Shown here in pieces: positions 45,944-57,200 of a stretch of DNA of 64,000 bases (its first letter is position 1; each line of letters begins with the position of its first letter). Under the pieces are notes generated by a model. The model was given only the letters and a program-made list of their open reading frames with translations. It did not search any database and was not told where the DNA came from. Both the position numbers and the translations under genes were made by a program. Source of the DNA: a virus; the IMG/VR virus record IMGVR_UViG_3300042898_000786, positions 11,829 to 75,828 of that record, one strand, 5' to 3'.

Positions 45944-46178
45944 GACATCTGCATTCTACAAGGATAACCCAGAATCTGCTGAGAAACGCCGGGAGTACCA
46001 GCGTGAGTATAACAAGACAGAAGAGCGAAAGAAGTACCGGGCCTACTTAAATAAAAAGAACCGGGAAGCTGGAACCTACGGTAACGGCGACAAGCTTGAC
46101 GCATCACATACCAAGAAGGGTGGGATAGTGTTCGAAGCACAAGGTGCTAACAGGGCAAGAAACCGCTCAAAGAAGTAA
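45927..46178 (+). CDS. Basic protein, degenerate HNH-like
   Basis: GTG start; YQREYN...R..LN...G...NGD..D.SH...NRARN pattern. Confidence 0.55.
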   Translation: MKARTKTSAFYKDNPESAEKRREYQREYNKTEERKKYRAYLNKKNREAGTYGNGDKLDASHTKKGGIVFEAQGANRARNRSKK

Positions 46179-46219
46179 AGTATCTTTGTCCTAATTTAGT
46201 AGCTAATAAAAATTAGGAT

Positions 46220-46528
46220 ATGGAAGAATATGAATCTAAAGAGTTCTATAGGGAACTCCGTGAGCGTTACGACGACATCCAAAATTTTATCTCTGAGCGA
46301 GATAAGGATGGTGAGTTCTTTACCCTTATGGCGGTAGGACGATATGTAGAAGGCGAGGTCGACGACTCAATAGAGATGTCTTTCGCCACAAACATAAGCG
46401 ACGAAGAAGAACTCGACGATATAATGAATTCGTTATACACATCCATAAACAACCAGCTCGACGAGCCAAAAAGTGTAAATTACTGGATTCGACTCTTCGG
46501 AGGAGACCCAGACAAATACTTAAACTAA
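46220..46528 (+). CDS. Acidic hypothetical protein
   Basis: 102-aa ORF after promoter element TATCTTTG at 46181-46188. Confidence 0.6.
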   Translation: MEEYESKEFYRELRERYDDIQNFISERDKDGEFFTLMAVGRYVEGEVDDSIEMSFATNISDEEELDDIMNSLYTSINNQLDEPKSVNYWIRLFGGDPDKYLN

Positions 46529-46765
46529 ATGAATATAATAAGAAAACTAATCATCGGGCAAAACCCGAAGGACGCCCTGGCCTATCTATTAGATATGAAG
46601 GCAGGAGCTGGAACCGTATCGGTCATAGAGTTCGATGAGCGTACATACCTAAAGAACGGCCAACGCTGCTACAACATATATATCACTAGCCCCAATGGCA
46701 CTATGCTATGGAAGCGCGTTGAGAATATGCCGACACTAGCAGAATACGACTGTCACTTCGAGTAA
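46529..46765 (+). CDS. Conserved hypothetical protein
   Basis: IIRK.IIG.NPKDA.AY...LWK....MP..EYD motif, upstream of the GroES-like gene. Confidence 0.65.
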   Translation: MNIIRKLIIGQNPKDALAYLLDMKAGAGTVSVIEFDERTYLKNGQRCYNIYITSPNGTMLWKRVENMPTLAEYDCHFE

Positions 46766-46801
46766 CGGAGTAAAACCCTAATAATTTTATTGGAATTTAA
46801 T

Positions 46802-47371
46802 ATGAAACCACTTAATCACTTTATCGTTGAGCTACCAAAGAAGTTCAAGGACACCATAGAAATCGCAGGCAAGACGCTATACCTGGCATCTAAGTTTGAC
46901 GAGTTCGCCAACAGAATTACATCTGGAAAGATACTGGGCGTACCAGAGCGTGTTGACACCGGAGCCAAAGTAGGCGACACTATCTACTTCCATCATCACG
47001 TTGTGATGAACACATCTTTTGAAATTGAGAAAGGGCGTTACTTAGTTATGTACGACCCCAAGGGAGCATACGGTAACCACGCTGTTGCATACAAGAATGA
47101 AGAAGGTATGCATATGCTAGGAGACTGGGTATTCCTTCGTGAGATAAAGGAGAAAGAACTTAACTCAAGTGTTGTAATCCTGATTGACGAAGAGAAGCGC
47201 CAGCGTCGTGGCGTCATAGCTTTTGACCATCCAGCGTTATTGGAGATGGGCGTAAAGGTCGGTGACACCGTAGGTTACGGAGCCTCAGCAGATTATGATA
47301 TGGAAGTAGACGGAGAAAATATGCTGCGTATGCTTTTACACGAAATTCTATATGTCGAAGAGGCCCATTAA
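46802..47371 (+). CDS. groES: Co-chaperonin GroES-like protein with two tandem domains
   Basis: Domain 1 KPL..FIV...G.I...KVGD.IYF; domain 2 LGDWVFL...G.I...VKVGD.V.Y.....EVDGE......EIL. Confidence 0.7.
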   Translation: MKPLNHFIVELPKKFKDTIEIAGKTLYLASKFDEFANRITSGKILGVPERVDTGAKVGDTIYFHHHVVMNTSFEIEKGRYLVMYDPKGAYGNHAVAYKNEEGMHMLGDWVFLREIKEKELNSSVVILIDEEKRQRRGVIAFDHPALLEMGVKVGDTVGYGASADYDMEVDGENMLRMLLHEILYVEEAH

Positions 47372-47648
47372 GTTCACCACCATCGTCGCGTCTCAGAACC
47401 TCATCGAGGCTATGGAACAGGCTATACATAATATGACCGAGGAACTGAAGAAGCCTGTAGACCCAGAGCTAAATGGTTCCGCTAGAAAAGCTGAGCTTGC
47501 CGCGCTTAAGGAAACCGCATTAGCTTGTAAAGAACTTATTATAGAAAGGCAAAGGCTAGAGCAGCTTGTCGCCGACCTCAAGAACACCGATATTATTGCT
47601 GAGCATTCAGACTTCGCTGGTGGCTTTGCGGAGAGATACCGTAAGTAA
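47352..47648 (+). CDS. Putative terminase small subunit
   Basis: Helical protein ending GGFAER, directly upstream of and coupled to the large subunit. Confidence 0.6.
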   Translation: MSKRPIKFTTIVASQNLIEAMEQAIHNMTEELKKPVDPELNGSARKAELAALKETALACKELIIERQRLEQLVADLKNTDIIAEHSDFAGGFAERYRK

Positions 47649-49771
47649 TGGCAGGTATAAAAGACATAGAAGGATACGATGACTTCGTTATCAATATATG
47701 TCCGGATGGGACAGGTGAAGAAATTATAGAAATTTCACGTCTTTACATCCAGCTTCCTGAGATGCCAGACGACAAACAGATTCTATTTAACGAGCTCCCC
47801 ACAGACCAACAGTATTGGCGCAGGTTATCTGTCCCTAAGGAGCTGGAGCGAATCCGAACTATGGACGAGTGGTCCGAGGCTCCTAAGGAGTTTCGAGATA
47901 AGTTCACACCTTACATAGAGCGTGAGTTCTCGAGAAGGAAAAAAGGCTTGTGGTTTTATAACAACGGAACACCGACGTATATCACCGGACACCACTATAT
48001 GCTGTTGCAGTGGAGCAAGATGGACATAGGATACGCGAGCTATCTTGACTTCCAAAGAAAGCTATTCATACACTACGCGGCCTGCGAAGCCGACCCCCGA
48101 TGCATTGGACAGGTATACGTCAAGTGCCGCCGCTCCGGATATACCAATATATCCGCTTCTATACTTGTGGACGAAGGCACGCAGGTGGCAGAGAAGCTTC
48201 TAGGAATCATATCAAAGACAGGTAAGGATGCTCAGGACAACGTCTTTATGAAGAAGGTGTTTCCTATGTTCCGTAGCTATCCGTTCTTCTTTAAGCCGGT
48301 ACAGGATGGTACTACTAATCCACGTATGGAACTTGCGTTCCGTGAGCCATCTCAGAGAATCACGAAGAACAACAAGGCTGTTATGATGACCCAGGCACTG
48401 GATACCGTCATCAACTGGAAGAACACAGTAAACAACGCCTACGACGGAGAAAAGCTCCACACTCTGTTTCTTGATGAGGCTTCAAAGCTAGAGAACCCAT
48501 TGGATATAAATGAGTTATGGCGTATTCACAGGACCTGTCTTATCGTGGGAAAGAAAGTTGTCGGCAAGGCCCTCGTAGGCTCTACAGTTAACCCGCTCGA
48601 TAAAGGCGGCTCGAACTATAAGAAGCTATACTACGATTCAGACCCAAAGAAGCGTAACGACAACGGAAGAACAAAAAGCGGTCTTTATAAAATATTCATA
48701 CCAGCGCACGAGGCCCTAGAGGGGTTCTTTGATATATACGGCCTACCGATAGTAAACGACCCTGATAAAGCTACAAGTACTATGGAGGGAGACATCGTGA
48801 AAATAGGAGCTAAGACCTACCTGAATAACGAAAGGAAGGCCCTGATGAGCGACCCCTATGAGCTAAACGAAGTAATACGCCAGTTCCCTTGGACAGAAGA
48901 GGAGGCTTTTCGAGACTCCACAAAGACATCTCACTTTAATATATCTAAGATATACGAGCAGCTGGAGCACAACAGCAGCCTCTTTCCCAATCCGGTGATA
49001 CGTGGTAACTTCATATGGGCGAACGGCCAGCAGGATACTAAAGTGGTTTTCAGTCCAGACCCTAATGGTAAATTCCACGTGTCTTGGCTTATGCCGTTTG
49101 AGGAGTCTAACAAGCAGTTGATACAAGGCGGTAAGCGCTCACCGGGTAATGTACTGCTCGGCGTCGGGGGGGTTGACTCCTACGATATCGACGAGACAGC
49201 AGACGGTCGTGGCTCTAAGGGCGCTTTCCATCTTTTTAATAAGTTCAATATGAACTATCCTAGCAATAGGTTTGTAGTGGAGTACGCTGAGCGACCAGAG
49301 CTAGCTCGTATTTTTTACGAGGATGTTCTCCTGACTGCTGTATACTACGGATACCCACTGCTAGTGGAAAACAACAAGTATGGTATCGTGCGATACTTCG
49401 AGTCGCGGGGATATGATAACTATATTATGGATAGGCCATCACATCTAACGCCACCTAACCAGCGCGGCAGCGTTCGCACTAAAGGTGTTCCTTCTAACTC
49501 ACAGGAATTCATACAGGCTCACGCTCAAGCGATTGAGGCATATCTCCACGAGCATATAGGATATAAAATGGATACGGATGAGCACGGTAAGATGTATTTC
49601 AATAGGACACTACAGGACTGGATAGGATACAAGATTAGTGACCGTACTAAGTTTGACTTAACGATTAGTTCTGGCCTTGCTTTACTAGGTGCTCAGACAA
49701 TAGTAAAGGAGAAAAGGCTAAGCGACACAACTGATAAAGTATTCTTTAGGCGCTACAAGGCGCGTTTCTAA
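47648..49771 (+). CDS. terL: Terminase large subunit
   Basis: Walker A-like KCRRSGYT, Walker B LFLDEA, nuclease GVDSYD, VENNK, FD..ISSG motifs. Confidence 0.9.
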   Translation: MAGIKDIEGYDDFVINICPDGTGEEIIEISRLYIQLPEMPDDKQILFNELPTDQQYWRRLSVPKELERIRTMDEWSEAPKEFRDKFTPYIEREFSRRKKGLWFYNNGTPTYITGHHYMLLQWSKMDIGYASYLDFQRKLFIHYAACEADPRCIGQVYVKCRRSGYTNISASILVDEGTQVAEKLLGIISKTGKDAQDNVFMKKVFPMFRSYPFFFKPVQDGTTNPRMELAFREPSQRITKNNKAVMMTQALDTVINWKNTVNNAYDGEKLHTLFLDEASKLENPLDINELWRIHRTCLIVGKKVVGKALVGSTVNPLDKGGSNYKKLYYDSDPKKRNDNGRTKSGLYKIFIPAHEALEGFFDIYGLPIVNDPDKATSTMEGDIVKIGAKTYLNNERKALMSDPYELNEVIRQFPWTEEEAFRDSTKTSHFNISKIYEQLEHNSSLFPNPVIRGNFIWANGQQDTKVVFSPDPNGKFHVSWLMPFEESNKQLIQGGKRSPGNVLLGVGGVDSYDIDETADGRGSKGAFHLFNKFNMNYPSNRFVVEYAERPELARIFYEDVLLTAVYYGYPLLVENNKYGIVRYFESRGYDNYIMDRPSHLTPPNQRGSVRTKGVPSNSQEFIQAHAQAIEAYLHEHIGYKMDTDEHGKMYFNRTLQDWIGYKISDRTKFDLTISSGLALLGAQTIVKEKRLSDTTDKVFFRRYKARF

Positions 49772-49825
49772 TTGCTTTATATTTGCCGTTGAAAGCATAA
49801 TATGCTTATATAAAGGAATTACTAT

Positions 49826-52270
49826 ATGTACAACGGGAAAAATCCTCATCCCATTAATAATTTCCCTGACCCGCTTGCACCATATGATGTCAAGCAGTCA
49901 AAGGATTACGGTCTTCAGTATGCGAAAAGCATAGAGACACAATGGGGTCGACCTGAGGACGATGGTAGCTTATTTCGTCGTAGACTCAAGGAGTTTGAGC
50001 AGAACAGAGACTACGCCAACGGCACCCAGGATACTGCTATATACAAACAGATTCTTAATTCACTGGACCCAAACAACGGTGATGGAACGCTACTTAACAT
50101 CGACTGGTCTCCAGTGCCGATTGTGCCTAAGTTCGTTAAAATTGTCGTAAACAAAATTCTGTCTCGTAACCCATATCCAAACATAGAGGCTGTTGACCCA
50201 CTTTCAGTATCTCAGAAAGAAAAGAAAAAAGCGGAGGTAAAAGCAGGTGTCGAGCTTAAGCCATTACTCAGTGAGCTTGAAGGTCTAGGCGTTAGAACTG
50301 GATATGACGTACCTGCATTACCAGATACCCTAGAAGAGGCAGAGATTTTTCTTGACACAAACATCAAGATTGCTAGTGAAATAGCCACCCAGATTGCTAC
50401 AGAGCTAACGCTAAGCTGGAACGAGTTCGGTGAGCGTATCTATCGACGTTGTGTTGATGACCTCGTGTCTATTGGTATGGCAGTCGTAAAGCGTGAAAAT
50501 GACCCTAACTACGGAATCGTAGAGAACTACGTAGACCCTGCATACTTCATACACAGCCATACCGATGACCCTAATATGTCTGACCTTATCTATGCGGGTC
50601 ACGTACGTCGTATGAGCATTATGGACCTCAAGCGTCAAGCTGGAGACCAGTTTACAGAAGATGAGTACCAGAAGCTCGCTACAATGGTGCAGAACCGGTA
50701 TAGCAACAATTCATCAGGACTAAACCAGTCTTACTACGACAAGAACTTACAGTCCGTCTCTTATGGATATGACGAATTTATAGTAGAAGTACTTGAGTTT
50801 GAGTACCTTAGTGTTGACGATGTATACTTTGAGGAGAAAGAGTCACGCCACGGCAACGTAGGATTTTACTATAAGGGCTTTAAGTATGAGGCCGCTCGCG
50901 AAAGCGTATATGACCGTAAGCCTTACCGTATGCAAACAGCTACCGTATATGGAGGTAAGTATATCATCGGAACTAGTTTTCTCTTCGACTACGGTGTGAA
51001 GAAGAATATACCTAGGAACGTACACGACCTAACTCGTGCTCGTCTAAGCTACAGCGTAGTGGCGACCAACTTGCGTCGTATGATTCCTAAGTCTATGGTC
51101 TCAATGGTGAAGAGCTTTGCTGACCAGCTGCAAATCACTCACCTTAAGATTCAACAAGCTATAGCCAAGGCTAAGCCTGATGGTCTTATGATTGACATCG
51201 AGGGCCTCGAGAACGTACAGCTAGGACGCGGTGGAGAGCTTCAGCCTCTCGACATCCAAGATATCTACGAACAGACGGGTATCTTCTATTACCGCTCTAA
51301 GAATCCTGAAGGAGGATTCCAGAACCCACCGGTACGTGAGATTAGCAACCAGATTCGCAACATCAACGAACTGATTTCTCTGTACAACCACTACCTGCGT
51401 ATGATTCGCGACGCGACAGGACTCAATGAAGTGGTAGACGGAAGTACTCCAAAAGGTGAGCAACTAGTAGGCGTCCGACAGCAAGCGATTGAAGCCTCCA
51501 ACAATGCTACTTACGATATCACTAATTCCGCTATGGTTCTATTCAAGAAGGTATGCGATGACATAGTGCGATGCTTGCAGATTATTCCGAAGGATAGCGT
51601 TTTATACCGTACCTACGAACAAGCCCTAGGCAGCAGCAGTATGGATGTGATATCCTCGTTCGCAGACCTGCCTATGTATAACTTCGGTGTGCGCGTAGTC
51701 GCAGAGATGGAAGATATGGATAAGGCTTACTTAGAGTCCAATATCCAGCAGTCTTTACTACAAAAAGAGATTGACCTCGAGGACGCTATCGCTATACGTA
51801 GGCTTAAAGATGTAACGCAGGCAGAGCAGTTGTTAATTGTGCGTCGTAAGAAGCGACAAAAACAACAGCAGCAGTTGGCGCAGCAGAACTCTCAGATGCA
51901 AGCTCAAGTCAATGCCCAGTCGGCACAAGCCACAAGTCAAGCTAGGATGCAAGAAGAGCAAATGAAGGCCCAACTCGGAGCTCAGAAAATGCAGCTGGAG
52001 ACGCAGATGAAGACTCAACTATTGCAGGTAGAGTACGAACTCAAAATGCGCCTCGCAGAACTAGAAGGTCGTTATGGCTTACAGCAGCAGGAGATTGAAT
52101 CCGGGGTACGTACAGATATCGAGTCCGACCGTGAGGACCGGAAAGACTCTCGCGTTAAGAAGCAAGCTGTAGAGCAGAGCAAGCTCATCTCTCAGCGTAG
52201 CGGCCAACGCGGTGAATTACAGGAAGAAACCGACGAAGACTTTGTGGCTTCACTCCTTTCTAACGCTTGA
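49826..52270 (+). CDS. Portal protein
   Basis: 814 aa after TerL; DWSPVPIVPKFVKIVVN motif, Gln-rich C-terminal coiled coil; promoter element TATATTTG at 49778-49785. Confidence 0.85.
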   Translation: MYNGKNPHPINNFPDPLAPYDVKQSKDYGLQYAKSIETQWGRPEDDGSLFRRRLKEFEQNRDYANGTQDTAIYKQILNSLDPNNGDGTLLNIDWSPVPIVPKFVKIVVNKILSRNPYPNIEAVDPLSVSQKEKKKAEVKAGVELKPLLSELEGLGVRTGYDVPALPDTLEEAEIFLDTNIKIASEIATQIATELTLSWNEFGERIYRRCVDDLVSIGMAVVKRENDPNYGIVENYVDPAYFIHSHTDDPNMSDLIYAGHVRRMSIMDLKRQAGDQFTEDEYQKLATMVQNRYSNNSSGLNQSYYDKNLQSVSYGYDEFIVEVLEFEYLSVDDVYFEEKESRHGNVGFYYKGFKYEAARESVYDRKPYRMQTATVYGGKYIIGTSFLFDYGVKKNIPRNVHDLTRARLSYSVVATNLRRMIPKSMVSMVKSFADQLQITHLKIQQAIAKAKPDGLMIDIEGLENVQLGRGGELQPLDIQDIYEQTGIFYYRSKNPEGGFQNPPVREISNQIRNINELISLYNHYLRMIRDATGLNEVVDGSTPKGEQLVGVRQQAIEASNNATYDITNSAMVLFKKVCDDIVRCLQIIPKDSVLYRTYEQALGSSSMDVISSFADLPMYNFGVRVVAEMEDMDKAYLESNIQQSLLQKEIDLEDAIAIRRLKDVTQAEQLLIVRRKKRQKQQQQLAQQNSQMQAQVNAQSAQATSQARMQEEQMKAQLGAQKMQLETQMKTQLLQVEYELKMRLAELEGRYGLQQQEIESGVRTDIESDREDRKDSRVKKQAVEQSKLISQRSGQRGELQEETDEDFVASLLSNA

Positions 52271-52292
52271 TTAAAAGAGGTAAATTTGCACT

Positions 52293-52652
52293 ATGGCCGC
52301 CCAGATTAATCTAGATACATCACAAAGAGTCGATATAACCTGTCGCAAGGGCGACTCATTTAGCCTTGAACTAACATTCAAGACCGCTGCCGGCGCGGTG
52401 ATAAATCTGACCGGATATACCTGGAAGCTTGACGTTAGAGAGACTGATACTTCGGCAGCAGCCATCATTGAGGATAGCTTATTCACCTACAACGGCACCA
52501 ATTTAGGTGTATTAACCATCACTGCATCACCCGCAACTATGGCCGGCATCGATGGGGGTATATACGTATATGACCTACAGAGCACCAACGCCGGTGCCGT
52601 AAAGACTTGGCTGTATGGTATATTCCAGGTAAATGAAGACGTTACGCTATGA
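52293..52652 (+). CDS. Tail-associated Ig-like protein
   Basis: I.CRKGDSF...NLTGYT...YVYDLQ motif; TAAATTTG at 52281-52288 lies 4 nt before the ATG. Confidence 0.6.
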   Translation: MAAQINLDTSQRVDITCRKGDSFSLELTFKTAAGAVINLTGYTWKLDVRETDTSAAAIIEDSLFTYNGTNLGVLTITASPATMAGIDGGIYVYDLQSTNAGAVKTWLYGIFQVNEDVTL

Positions 52653-52975
52653 GTGATATAACTATCAATAGCGGCCAGCCAATCAATATAGCTGTACAGC
52701 AGCCGGCGCTACAGAACACTATTATTATTCCTACGTCCACGACTTCTATGTCCATCAAGGGCGTTACTGGAGGTGGAGGTGATGCTCACTATATGCACAG
52801 CCAAGGCACTGCTGAAGCTAACTGGGTGGTAAACCACAACCTAAACAAAAAACCTTCCGTGACTGTAGTCGACTCTATGGATAACATCGTCCACGGCGAG
52901 GTAGAATACTTAAACAACAACTCCGTATCCCTAACCTTTGCCGGCGCCTTTAGTGGTAAGGCATACTTCAACTAA
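52649..52975 (+). CDS. Tail-associated protein
   Basis: H.Q......W.V.HNL.K.PSV.VVD...F.G.A domain. Confidence 0.6.
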   Translation: MSDITINSGQPINIAVQQPALQNTIIIPTSTTSMSIKGVTGGGGDAHYMHSQGTAEANWVVNHNLNKKPSVTVVDSMDNIVHGEVEYLNNNSVSLTFAGAFSGKAYFN

Positions 52976-52980
52976 CAACT

Positions 52981-54168
52981 ATGGCTATTAATTACTTCTC
53001 CCCTATAGATATGAACAAGCTCGAGATTATCGAGCCTAGGATTCATAACTCACTAACTGTACCATTAAATCCAGTAGCGGGTCAGATTTACTTTGACACT
53101 TCGGTCAACTCGATGTTCTTTTACAACGGAACGGCGTGGCTTGACATCAAGGGCGATATTCAGGAGGTACTTGCTGGTGATGGTCTTACCGGAGGTGGTT
53201 CCGGGGGGTCGGTAACCCTAAATGTGGGCGCTGGCACGGGTATAACCGTTGCTGCCGATACAGTTGGTCTTGACACTACGAACACAAGGAACACGGACCA
53301 CGCAATGATTTCCGTTTTCGCTGGGGATGGATTAACCGGTGGTGGTACCATCGACAACAGCGTCACGTTAAACGTCGTGGCCACTGCAAATTCGGGTATA
53401 ACGGTAGGTGCTAACGCCATTGCGTTGACTAACTACGCTAGCCTGACCCAGTACAAAATTATGATGTGGGGAGCCGGTGGCCAGCTTGAAAACGCCCCCA
53501 TCACTCGAACAGTAGACCAATCGAGCGTTGAGACTATTACCATCAACGGTAACCTAACGGTAACCGGTACTACCACAAGCGTTAACTCTAACGAGGTTAA
53601 CATCGGTGATGCTATCATCAAGTTAAACTTTGACGAGACGGGTGCCGCATCACAGAACGCTGGTTTTGAGGTTGAGCGTGGAACTGACGCTAACGTATCG
53701 TTCATCTGGGACGAGACGGCTGACCGCTTCACCACGGTGGACCAGAAGCTTCACGTAGGGACCGTTGATACCTTCACTCCTACCTACCAGTCTTCGTTCT
53801 ATATGTACGACAACGCAGCAGGGGAGGCCGGTGAAATCAAACGCTCTACTTACAATGCTGTGGCTAACCTCCTTGGGGCGCCGATTCACTTCTCCCTTGA
53901 TGTAGCTCAGACCGGCGTAGTGACAAAGGCTAGTAATACTTACACTGTTACGCACAACCTAGGCACCAAGGCTATTATCGCTCAGGTAATTCAGTATTCT
54001 AACTACGAAACCGTTATGGTAGACGTAGCTCGCCCCACCAATAATACCATCACAGTATCTTTTGCATCTGCGGTTGCGGAGAACGCATACTTTGTGATTC
54101 TTTCCGCATCAAAGCGTACGGGTGATTCGGTAGCTGGCTCAGTAGAGGGCGACGCGCCTGCTGCATAA
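52981..54168 (+). CDS. Tail fibre/spike-associated protein
   Basis: AGDGLTGGG repeats, GNLTVTGTTT, AG.EVERG, C-terminal THNLGT domain. Confidence 0.65.
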   Translation: MAINYFSPIDMNKLEIIEPRIHNSLTVPLNPVAGQIYFDTSVNSMFFYNGTAWLDIKGDIQEVLAGDGLTGGGSGGSVTLNVGAGTGITVAADTVGLDTTNTRNTDHAMISVFAGDGLTGGGTIDNSVTLNVVATANSGITVGANAIALTNYASLTQYKIMMWGAGGQLENAPITRTVDQSSVETITINGNLTVTGTTTSVNSNEVNIGDAIIKLNFDETGAASQNAGFEVERGTDANVSFIWDETADRFTTVDQKLHVGTVDTFTPTYQSSFYMYDNAAGEAGEIKRSTYNAVANLLGAPIHFSLDVAQTGVVTKASNTYTVTHNLGTKAIIAQVIQYSNYETVMVDVARPTNNTITVSFASAVAENAYFVILSASKRTGDSVAGSVEGDAPAA

Positions 54169-54192
54169 TAATTAAGTGTCATTAGTTAAGCT

Positions 54193-54218
54193 AAGAGGGG
54201 CCATAGTGCCCCTCTTTT
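54193..54218 (+). terminator. Rho-independent terminator
   Basis: AAGAGGGGC CATAGT GCCCCTCTT TT; followed by promoter element TACTTTTG at 54225-54232. Confidence 0.75.
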
Positions 54219-54258
54219 ATTTCGTACTTTTGCTTATGCTGTATAAGTTTGGTAAACT

Positions 54259-57200
54259 ATGAAGTTTTTATCTCAGATTAATGTCAACACGGAGTACACC
54301 CTTCCGATGGTTGATGGAACGAACGGACAGGTGTTGTCCACCGACGGAGCAGGTGTTGCTTATTGGGGTACCATCAGTATCGGTTCACTACCCCTCGATG
54401 GGCTTTCGGATGTAATCATCACCTCTCCGTCTAGCGACCAAATGCTACGCTACGGCCTCCGGCAGGGGGATACCGTACCCGTATGGCATAACTTCACGCC
54501 GAACTTCCTAACCCCGTCATCGTCTATTAATGCGCTTAATGATGTAGTCATCACCACAGCGGCGGCAGGGCAGATTCTTCAGTACAACGGAAGTAATTGG
54601 GTTAACGCCACTCTGTCTACGGTTGAGTATGTGGCGAAGGTTCAGCACGCGGCTAAGGCAGGTGTCGCGATAGCTAAGGGCCAGGCGGTCTATGTTACCG
54701 GCGCTAACGGCACGAATATGATTATCGGTCTCGCGTCTAACACATCCGAGGAAACATCAGCTAAGACGATGGGAATCGCTGCTTCCGCTGCTGCAGTCAA
54801 TGACATAATCTTCGTTGTAACGGAAGGATTGCTTGCCGGTCTTAACACGTCCACGGCAACGGCCGGTGACCCAGTATGGCTCGGTACCAGTGGCAACCTA
54901 ATCTTTGGCTTAGCCAATAAACCAACCTCTCCCGCACACTTGGTGTACATCGGTGTTGTTACGAGAGCTCAGCAGAACAACGGTGAGATTTTCGTTAAGG
55001 TACAGAACGGTATTGAAATAGATGAGATTCACGACGTTCAGATTTCATCACCAGCTACGGGACAGCTACTACGTAGGGATTCCGATGGATACTGGAAGAA
55101 CTGGACACCGAACTTCCTAACCGCTGAGGCTGATACATTAGCTACCGTTACTGCTCGTGGTGCAACCACCAATGGAAACATTGTAGTTAACGGCGAGATA
55201 AGCCTCCCATCATTCATAAGGCTCACAAATGCCGGAGTTGATAACGCATTCATTTCAGAATCTTGGGGTATTAACCTAAATGGAATAGGCACTCACCCGG
55301 TTCAAGTTCGTGGTGCATCGTTTTCTGTTGGATATTCATTAGGAGCAGGAACGTCATATGGTAGCGGAAATCTTTTTGTATCAAATAAGATTGGTATTAA
55401 CACCACTGCTCCTACGAAACTACTTGATGTAGTTGGTTCTGGAATTGTGGCTTCATTTGGCAGTGCATTTGCCCAGGGTAGTTTTGCTGGTATTCACTTT
55501 GGGTATTCAGAGACTCAGTTCGGAAGTGATAATTACAAAAAGTCTGCTATTGTTTTTGAAAGGACAGAAAATCACGGTCAAGGCGCTAACGCTTCCGGAA
55601 AGATACACTTCCTACTTAATAATATAGGCTCAGGGTCGGCTACATCTCTGGCCCACTCCGTGATGGTAATTGATACAAACTCTACTGCCACCCAAGGGTC
55701 TGCTAGAGTCGGTATAGGAACAACTTCTCCGAACGCAACTCTTGATGTAAACGGAGCAGCCAACGCCACATCATTCTCGTCAACGGCGTTATTGATTGCA
55801 AACGCAGACACAAGCGGAAGTCTTCAACCAGACCAAGGAGACCCAGCCAATAAGATTTACTCTTTTAGATGGCAGGGTAATGAGGTCGGATACATTGACA
55901 CTGACAACAAGATAACATTCTCTGGATTCAAGACTCCCGCTGGGACATCATCTCAGTTTTTAAAGGCCAACGGAACGGTTGATTCTAACACATACATCAC
56001 CTCAACCGCCCTTAATGGATACGCCACTGAATCTTGGGTAAACACAAACTATTACAATCGGGACCAGATTGATGACTTCTTCGGTGGGGCTGAGGCCATT
56101 AGCGGATACAATAAGTCTAACTGGGATGCGGCCTACAACGATAAGATTAACAGCGCATCGTTTAGCACCACGACCGGTGTACTTACGCTCACTCAGCAGG
56201 ACACAGGCACCGTTACTGTAGACCTCGACGGTCGATACCTTGAGTCTCTACCTGCTCACAATCACGATGACAGGTACTACACTGAAACAGAATCTGATTC
56301 TAGGTATATAAACGCATCTGGAGACACAATGAGCGGCAGTTTATCGTTTGATGCGGCTGCTGTAATTAAAAAGAAAATTACTGGCGTTGGTGATAATCCC
56401 GTAAAGACCGCATCTGGAGTTTTAGCGTCTCGTTCTGACAATGGTGGTGGGGCTACGTATTACATTATTGAAACTACTGTACCGCAAGATGATTATCAAA
56501 TGGGTGGTTTCACCATTGAATTATTTGGAAGATATGGCGAAACAAATAACAAAACAAAGATTGACCTAGGCGGGTATTGGAATCCGGAGGGGAATGGTGG
56601 CTTTGCGGGATTTGAGGCTCACGGTACAAACCCAGAGTATAAGCCTACGATTCAAGTCGCGAGAAACAACAACTCTGGTAATACCGCATTTATTATTTCT
56701 GGTGTTTCTTGGTCATATCCTGTTATTGTTGCAAGAGACCTTTGGTTAGGATACAATAGCACAGATGGTGGGTCATATGGCGAGGGTTGGGTTATTGCTT
56801 CTGCAAACAACCTTGATTCTTATTCAAATAGAGACACTGTAGTTTGGAGAAATGGATATTCTGATTCTAACCCCGCTGGATATATTACTGGTTATACTGA
56901 AACTGATACTCTTTCTTCAGTAACTGGTAGGGGAGCTACAACTTCTACTCCAATAACTATTAATGGTGGAGGTGCTCAACCTCTTACTTTAACAACAGCT
57001 AATGGTTCTCCTTGGCATATTGCTTTAGTACGTAATGATTTAGGTCTTACTAGTAGAGTATTTGCTTATAACATTCCTTACAATGGTTGGTATTTTGAAC
57101 ATAATATAATTATTGCTGGTAATACAAACTGGCATAGTGGCAACCTTACCAACCTAAATCAGCTTAGTAACGGTCCTGGATATATCACCTCATCAGGTAA

